Source of the DNA: Trypanosoma brucei
Lineage: Eukaryota
DNA: 64,000 nucleotides
Direction: 5' to 3'
Assembly: GCA_000002445.1 (NCBI GenBank)
Contig: CP000071.1
Location: forward strand, 928,001 to 992,000
The position numbers and the translations under genes were made by a program. Below the pieces are notes generated by a model. It ran no database searches. It was given only the letters and a program-made list of their open reading frames with translations, and was not told the DNA's origin. This document shows, one piece after another, positions 58,241 through 64,000 of the stretch (position 1 is the first letter of the stretch; each line of letters begins with the position of its first letter).

Positions 58241-61200
58241 ATGAACTTGTACGTAGTCTCCATTGAATACACACTTCAACGGCCGAATGCCGCTCTTGGA
58301 GACGCCGTCATGTCCCCTATGTTTCGTCGTGTTTCTTCCCGGTGCCCCATATTGCATATCTTTGGCTACACAACCACTGAAGGGAATGACAGAGCAGCTG
58401 GAGAAAAGAGTTACGTTCCGCGTGAGGCGGCAATATCTGAAAGTAAATTAGATAGCATACAACGGTACAGTGTTTGTGCTCATATTCACGGTGTGTATCC
58501 ATACTTTTTTGTGCAGCGTAGCAATTCGCGGATATCCGCTATGCAGTTTGGAACCCAGCTTGAGTCGGTTGCTATGGAGGCACTGAGCTCAGGACACAAC
58601 AAGTCAGCAGCTGCTCCGCGTCCCCATGATCGACAACAGCTGATACATCACGTTGATGTGGTTTGGTTGCTCCCCTTCTATGGTTATCACGGAAAGAAGC
58701 AGCCATTTTTTAAAGTGTACGTGGTTGACCCAGCGATGGTTAGCCGTTTTTTGCACCTGTTGTACTGCACAAAGCACATGGGTGGCCGGCAATGGTTGGT
58801 ATATGAGGCCCACTCACCATTTCACTTCCAGTTTATGGCGGATTATGGAGCAAAGGGAATGGGTGCCTTCTTCATTCCCTCCTGCACCGCGCGGTCAAAA
58901 CTTCCCGACAGTGTGCAGCCTGAGCAACTGAACATCGCCGCCGTGCGACCCGAAGGGGAGCCCGCCAGGCTTAGTTGTGCTCAGATTGAGGTTGATGTGT
59001 CGGCATCATCGTTGCGTTTCCGCGACGGAGCCGTGCAACCGGGCGAAAACCTGCTAACCGCCAGGCGCAACGTTCGGCAGTATTTTGCAGACCTTGGTGT
59101 AGATGATGCTGTGTTACGGGGGTGCACCTCTGGGTTGCTTGCGCGTCGTTTCACTGTTAGTGACCAACAACGTTGTGACCTTGGGGCCGTTTTGTTGCGT
59201 AAGCGCTTTAATGAGTCTCTTAAAGCAAAATTCACAGATCCCGTTGTTGAGGAACAGGAGAAAGTGGATAGCCCCGTCGGCGTTACACAACAATTAATGG
59301 AAGATATGCAAGGGATCGTCGGCGAGGTCCTACTTCCGGATTCATCTCCGGGATGCTTCTCCGCACCGCAACATTCGCTGCACAATGATCAGGGCGAAGT
59401 GGGAACATCACAGGACCCCCTAGTGCCTCCAGGAGTGACTAGTGAGCAGGGAGGATGTGACGAAAGGGAACGACCTCTCCCGCGTTGTAGATCCTCTGAC
59501 ACACCGTTACCAGGCAATGATTATGTAGAAGGAATGTCACCAAGGGGTGAGGACGAACCGAGTGTACTGTTCCCATCGACCCTCAGTAGTGACGGCCCTG
59601 GAAGTAGTAGTAATACTAACGCTTGTGGCTGCAGTGTTGAAAGTAGTAAGGGGGGAAACGAGGTTGCCCTTGACGCCCGTCTGCGGAACGACTGTGGCGA
59701 CAGTGACAGGAATTGGAGAGAATCTCTTTCAGTTGGCGACACGGTTGCCATTGCGTCAGAGGAGTCACACGACACAACTACAGCAAAATCTTGCCTGTTT
59801 GCCAAGATCGTGTGTTTAGGCACCAGCAGTGTCCGCCTGCGGTGGTATGTTGCGTTAAGCGAGACCCATCTCGCTGACTGTCAGGATGAACTCGAGAAAC
59901 GTGGTTGTTGGTTGGGCAAAGGAACGAAACTTGGTGGGTGTACTCCCGTCGCACAAGGTTACCAGGAGGAACTGTTACTTGGAGATGTGGAGGATATAAA
60001 TTCGATTAGTGTGCTCAGGCAGGGCCCACCCATAGTGGTTCACCACTCTTACCACAGTTTCATTCATGACAGAAACTGCGGTAAGATCATCGGTGATGGT
60101 GATTGTTTCATTTCCATTGCACTGCTCTGTAGGTATAATTACCATGTTCGTGAGCGGCGGCTTTCGGCCATCGAACCTCGGGGGGATGATAATTACGTGG
60201 CGATGCCCGCGTTGCTCCTTCAGTCTACGCCATGTGCTTCCAGTGATGATGAAAGCTCTCTCCTTGCTGAAGTGGCGGATGAAGATGAAGAGCTCTTCTC
60301 TTCACTTTCTTTATCACCTCCTCCAGACGGGTGCGAGCTGTGTACATTTCCACACCAACGGGCCCCGTCCAGACCGAGTGGATCGGATCACAGGGTGAGC
60401 GGGAATAATTTCAAGCTACCCGAGGGGTTGAGGCGTTCCGTATCGAAAACAATGCAGTGCGCTGTGCAATCGCAGTTGTCACTACTTCAAAGTTTTTCAG
60501 TCTGTTGCTCACTTTCACCACGTATTCGGGAACCTGTCTCTCCGTCTGTTGTAGCTATAAGCAGCGGTGTGACGAGACCTTCTTGTGCTCTTTCCTCTTC
60601 GTCTGTCGAGTGCGTGGACCCGCAACGCGAAGCTCTGTTAGTGGAGTTTAAGCGTGAGGGTTCGTGTGTGCGGTGTTCTAATCTTATTGGAGATATACCC
60701 CGAAATTTCATCTGGAGGTTTGATCCAATTCAAAGACGTGTGGTTATATCCGGAGCAACGTGGCCACGAGTGGTGGCACTCGCTCCGAAGCTTCCACCAC
60801 CAACGAAATGTGTTTCCTCCCTGTTGAAGCGACCCTCAGTTCAACTTCTCACACGCATAGCACATTCGCAGGATTTGACGCCACCAGAAGGCGCCCACAC
60901 AGTTGCGGCAAAACAGGAATGGTGCCCGCATGGCTCCAGCAGTGGATCCCGCTCTCAGCGCCACTCCACTCGTCTCATATGTGCTCTGCGTGTGATGTTG
61001 GTCGAGGTGTTTCTTCATCGCAGGGACGGCGTGCAGCATGTTGCACAAGAACGTCTTTTGGCTGTCGGATTGGGCCGAACGACGTCAATTGATGAGAGGG
61101 TCAAAGTGCGGCTTTTTTGTGTGACGGGGCTCTCACAAAAAGTCCCGGTGGGCCAACCACGCGTGAGCCCATTTAGTGGTGCGGTGGAGGTGGTCCAGTT

Positions 61201-64000
61201 GCCGTCAGAGGAGCACTTGCTGAGGCACGTCATGTGGGAAATTCGAGCTTATGATCCCGACGTTATCATATCCTGGGAGGTGGGCAGAAGTGGAATAGGG
61301 CTGCTGGCGCTGCGCTACAAGATCGCGCTTCGCCGCTCGCTCGCGCGTGACTTATCACGCTTGACGCCAGATAGCGCACTGTTTAACCAGAGAAGCGAGA
61401 ACATACATCTTAATCCCGAAGAGAAACCCTCTAATAGTAGTGACGAAAATATTAGTGAGGTCGAATGCGTATCCCCTTCCTCTGACTCATCACACTCTTC
61501 TTGCTCGGAGTCAACACTGTTCTCCACGGGCAGTGGGGCAACTGCTGCTACTACTAGGGGTTCTGTGGCACATGTTAGAGGTGGGTCGACCAATGCACAT
61601 CCTAATCTTGGCGATTTGACGAAGCAGCTCTCCCGTCGTTTTGGTGGAAGTCCACAGGTAGCCGGGAGAATCATTGTTGATCTTAGCAAGTATTTGCGCA
61701 AATATCTTCAGCTGCCGTCAACTACCCTACAGATGGTATATAAGAAACTGTTCAACAGCAGCTTGCCCTTCTTTACTGACGTCGCCCTCACGCGGATGTA
61801 TTGTGCGGGAGAAGCGGGTATGCAACGTGTTTTTATGTCGATTCTCCTTACACGTGTCGTCGCCCCGCACCGCATCGCCCAGCATCTGCACTTCTTCACC
61901 CGCACAGCGGAGTTCGCCCGCATGTTTGGAATTCTGTTTAGTGAAGTTTTAACCCGTGGGAGTCAATACCGCGTGGAAGCCACGTTACATCGCATGGCGA
62001 AGCCCATGGGTTTTGCGCTGCTTTCACCACCACTGGAAGTTGTACACCGTCAACCGCGGTTGCAGAGTATGCCACTGATAATGCAACCACGCAGTGGCTT
62101 CTACAAGGACGACCCCGTTGTTGTTTTGGACTTCCGCAGTCTGTATCCAAGTATTGTTATAGCTTACAACATCTGCTACACAACCTGTCTTGGTTCTGTG
62201 GGGAAAGGTGTGTATGGACGCTTGGGTGTGCTCAAGTCGTACAAACGAGACGACATGCTTCTTTCCTCACTTCTCAGTGGTCTTGCGGACACCAAGAACG
62301 ACCACAATGGCAAAAACGACGACAATGAAAACAGTAACACACTACACGGCGTGACATTTACGCCCAACGGATGTATGTTCTTAACTCCGGAGAATCGTGA
62401 GGGTGTGCTACCTCAGATGCTTCGTGTTTTACTTGACACCCGCGTGGATCTGCAGGCAGCTCTGAAGCATGTGGCTCACCCCTTCGGAGACATTTACATG
62501 CAACAGATCTTGCAGGAACAACAGATGGCTATTAAAATGCTTGCCAATACAACCTATGGTTACACCGCAGCTTCCTTTACTGGACGTATGCCGTGCGCCG
62601 ATGTGGCTGACGCTATTGTCATGCTAGGACGCCAGACGTTGGAGCGAGCCATGTGGTTAATCAATAGTCACCCCGTTTGGAAGGCAGAAGTTGTTTACGG
62701 CGACACGGATTCATTGTTTGTGCGTCTACCGGGGAGAACCAAGGAAGAGGCATTCGCAGTAGGAGAGGAGATGGCTAAAGAAGTGACAGCGGTTAACCCA
62801 GCTCCCGTGCGCCTGCAATTCGAGAAGGTGTTGTTTCCTTGCCTTCTCCTAGTGAAGAAACGTTACGTGGGGTATGCCTATTTCAAGCCCGAACAACAGG
62901 AGCCGCAATTTTTGGCAAAGGGAATTGAGACGGTTCGAAGGGACCAGTGCCCAGCCACTGCGCACCTTGCTGCAAAAATGATTCACCTTCTCTTCTCCGG
63001 GGCAGGCACTGAAACCTTGCGACAGTGTTTCTATGAAGAAGTAAGTAAATTGCAACGTGGAGACTGCAGTCCAGTTGACTGCATATTTCGGAAGGCTGTG
63101 AAATTTGGAAGGTATAAACCCAATGGGCGTTTACCAGCAGCAGCGCGTCTCGCGGCATTGCTTGTGGAGAAGGATGCCATGAGGACTCCTTACTGGGGGG
63201 AGCGCATACCATTCGTCGTAATTCGACGGCCGGAATCCACACGATTAAGCGATCGTGTTGTCCACCCCCAACAGCTGCTGAGTGATGAGGATCATCTTAT
63301 GCTTGACAGTGAGTACTATATCACACGACACATTGTTCCTACGCTCGACAGGATGTTTTATCTGGTTGGTGTGAGTTGTGGCCGCTGGTATGCGGAGATG
63401 CCTCGGGGTCGTACTTACCAAAACTACTTTGAACTGGGATTAAGTATTGCTGCGACAAAAGCCGCCAAGCGGGCGCGAGGAGTGGCGACGCCCCCTACTT
63501 TGTGCGCTGATGTCATTAACGTTAATATTTCCAATGCCAATCACGGTAATGAAAGGTTCAAGAGAAAAGGTAGGGGTAAAGGTAAAGGTGGCAGTGGGCT
63601 GCTTGGAAATCAGTCGGCGAGGGGTGCGAAAAATCGAACCCTTGATTCATATTACCAGCAGACTCTATGTGCTGTATGCCTCACAAACTCAACAGCCACC
63701 TCACCGACTGACCCTCCAGTTTGCAAGGGATGTCTTGAAAATTTATCAACCACCGCCCAACGCGTGACGTCACGACGTTACCGCGTGGAGCGCCACCTAC
63801 AACTTATGAAAATGGCCTGCTTGCGATGCATAGGGACTTGTGGTGAGGTGGGTGGGCCGGGTTTTCTATCCAGTCGGAAGAGGGATATGGAAGATATGAA
63901 TTTCTGCATCCCGCATAGCCTTGCTGCTGCACCTGACCGTGGCGTTCACGACGCTGGTGTTGTGGTGCGACGGTGGGGGAAACGTCAGCAGAAGCTTCAG
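58241..64000 (+). CDS. REV3: DNA polymerase zeta catalytic subunit (REV3), 3'-partial; runs off the window end
   Basis: Frame 2 is open from the stop at 58064-58066 to the window end, so it is absent from the ORF track. N-terminal pol delta/zeta-type block PILHIFGYTT...HIHGVYPYFFV. A ~2 kb low-complexity insertion follows. Exonuclease-like region ~61100-61900. Family B motif A DFRSLYPSIVIAYNICYTT (~62135), motif B KMLANTTYGYT (~62535), motif C VYGDTDSLFV (~62695). CysA C-x2-C...C-x2-C (~63668-63737) and CysB cysteines (~63815-63909). Start is 58241 (MNLYV...) or 58310 (MSPMFRRV...). Confidence 0.85.
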   Translation, partial: MNLYVVSIEYTLQRPNAALGDAVMSPMFRRVSSRCPILHIFGYTTTEGNDRAAGEKSYVPREAAISESKLDSIQRYSVCAHIHGVYPYFFVQRSNSRISAMQFGTQLESVAMEALSSGHNKSAAAPRPHDRQQLIHHVDVVWLLPFYGYHGKKQPFFKVYVVDPAMVSRFLHLLYCTKHMGGRQWLVYEAHSPFHFQFMADYGAKGMGAFFIPSCTARSKLPDSVQPEQLNIAAVRPEGEPARLSCAQIEVDVSASSLRFRDGAVQPGENLLTARRNVRQYFADLGVDDAVLRGCTSGLLARRFTVSDQQRCDLGAVLLRKRFNESLKAKFTDPVVEEQEKVDSPVGVTQQLMEDMQGIVGEVLLPDSSPGCFSAPQHSLHNDQGEVGTSQDPLVPPGVTSEQGGCDERERPLPRCRSSDTPLPGNDYVEGMSPRGEDEPSVLFPSTLSSDGPGSSSNTNACGCSVESSKGGNEVALDARLRNDCGDSDRNWRESLSVGDTVAIASEESHDTTTAKSCLFAKIVCLGTSSVRLRWYVALSETHLADCQDELEKRGCWLGKGTKLGGCTPVAQGYQEELLLGDVEDINSISVLRQGPPIVVHHSYHSFIHDRNCGKIIGDGDCFISIALLCRYNYHVRERRLSAIEPRGDDNYVAMPALLLQSTPCASSDDESSLLAEVADEDEELFSSLSLSPPPDGCELCTFPHQRAPSRPSGSDHRVSGNNFKLPEGLRRSVSKTMQCAVQSQLSLLQSFSVCCSLSPRIREPVSPSVVAISSGVTRPSCALSSSSVECVDPQREALLVEFKREGSCVRCSNLIGDIPRNFIWRFDPIQRRVVISGATWPRVVALAPKLPPPTKCVSSLLKRPSVQLLTRIAHSQDLTPPEGAHTVAAKQEWCPHGSSSGSRSQRHSTRLICALRVMLVEVFLHRRDGVQHVAQERLLAVGLGRTTSIDERVKVRLFCVTGLSQKVPVGQPRVSPFSGAVEVVQLPSEEHLLRHVMWEIRAYDPDVIISWEVGRSGIGLLALRYKIALRRSLARDLSRLTPDSALFNQRSENIHLNPEEKPSNSSDENISEVECVSPSSDSSHSSCSESTLFSTGSGATAATTRGSVAHVRGGSTNAHPNLGDLTKQLSRRFGGSPQVAGRIIVDLSKYLRKYLQLPSTTLQMVYKKLFNSSLPFFTDVALTRMYCAGEAGMQRVFMSILLTRVVAPHRIAQHLHFFTRTAEFARMFGILFSEVLTRGSQYRVEATLHRMAKPMGFALLSPPLEVVHRQPRLQSMPLIMQPRSGFYKDDPVVVLDFRSLYPSIVIAYNICYTTCLGSVGKGVYGRLGVLKSYKRDDMLLSSLLSGLADTKNDHNGKNDDNENSNTLHGVTFTPNGCMFLTPENREGVLPQMLRVLLDTRVDLQAALKHVAHPFGDIYMQQILQEQQMAIKMLANTTYGYTAASFTGRMPCADVADAIVMLGRQTLERAMWLINSHPVWKAEVVYGDTDSLFVRLPGRTKEEAFAVGEEMAKEVTAVNPAPVRLQFEKVLFPCLLLVKKRYVGYAYFKPEQQEPQFLAKGIETVRRDQCPATAHLAAKMIHLLFSGAGTETLRQCFYEEVSKLQRGDCSPVDCIFRKAVKFGRYKPNGRLPAAARLAALLVEKDAMRTPYWGERIPFVVIRRPESTRLSDRVVHPQQLLSDEDHLMLDSEYYITRHIVPTLDRMFYLVGVSCGRWYAEMPRGRTYQNYFELGLSIAATKAAKRARGVATPPTLCADVINVNISNANHGNERFKRKGRGKGKGGSGLLGNQSARGAKNRTLDSYYQQTLCAVCLTNSTATSPTDPPVCKGCLENLSTTAQRVTSRRYRVERHLQLMKMACLRCIGTCGEVGGPGFLSSRKRDMEDMNFCIPHSLAAAPDRGVHDAGVVVRRWGKRQQKLQ

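Noticed and set aside
1-64000. Search for prokaryotic-style novel systems (defence islands, CRISPR arrays, toxin-antitoxin pairs, integrases, transposase ends), plus tRNA or rRNA genes
   Set aside because: No direct-repeat/spacer architecture. No Cas, integrase, transposase or restriction-modification motifs in any frame. No cloverleaf-like tRNA candidates were spotted by eye. The eukaryotic gene content makes such systems implausible. The only repeats are simple microsatellites and homopolymers.
31090-64000. EXO1 and REV3 in the same window as a DNA-repair gene cluster
   Set aside because: They are separated by ~25 kb and six unrelated genes (sterol desaturase, dynein and others). There is no evidence of co-regulation beyond sharing a polycistron.

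Overview
This window reads as a nuclear chromosome segment from a kinetoplastid, most likely a Trypanosoma species. That call rests on gene content, codon usage and an intron-less 14 kb dynein gene; it is not a database match. All 20-21 convincing protein-coding genes lie on the + strand as one head-to-tail array, which is the polycistronic transcription unit typical of trypanosomatids. No credible minus-strand genes, tRNAs, rRNAs, CRISPR arrays, transposons or prokaryotic-style operons were found.

Genes recognised from conserved motifs in the translations:
- coronin (WD40)
- a mitoribosomal uS9-like protein
- a TMEM234-like small membrane protein
- an RsmH/MraW (METTL15-like) rRNA m4C methyltransferase
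- a class-II (SIRT4-like) sirtuin
- the chaperonin TCP-1 gamma subunit (CCT3)
- a PPR protein with a SAP motif
- RICTOR/AVO3, a TORC2 subunit
- exonuclease 1 (XPG/Rad2 family)
- a sterol C-5 desaturase (ERG3/SC5D family)
- a 4674-aa dynein heavy chain, axonemal-type by its AAA1 signature
- a YceI-like protein
- a metallo-beta-lactamase-fold protein
- the DNA polymerase zeta catalytic subunit (REV3), which runs off the 3' end of the window; its long open frame is not in the supplied ORF track because it has no stop within the window

Several lineage-specific hypothetical proteins (coiled-coil, proline-rich and others) fill the remaining slots.

Intergenic spacers carry the expected polypyrimidine tracts upstream of each gene, several (TA)n/(TG)n microsatellites, and two G10-11 homopolymers flanking the dynein gene. 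I found no novel multi-gene defence or mobile system here. The most interesting points are annotation-level: the ORF track uses non-ATG starts, which were corrected to in-frame ATGs; there is a bacterial-type YceI-like gene; mitochondrial RNA and ribosome factors are present; and the REV3 gene is hidden from the ORF track.
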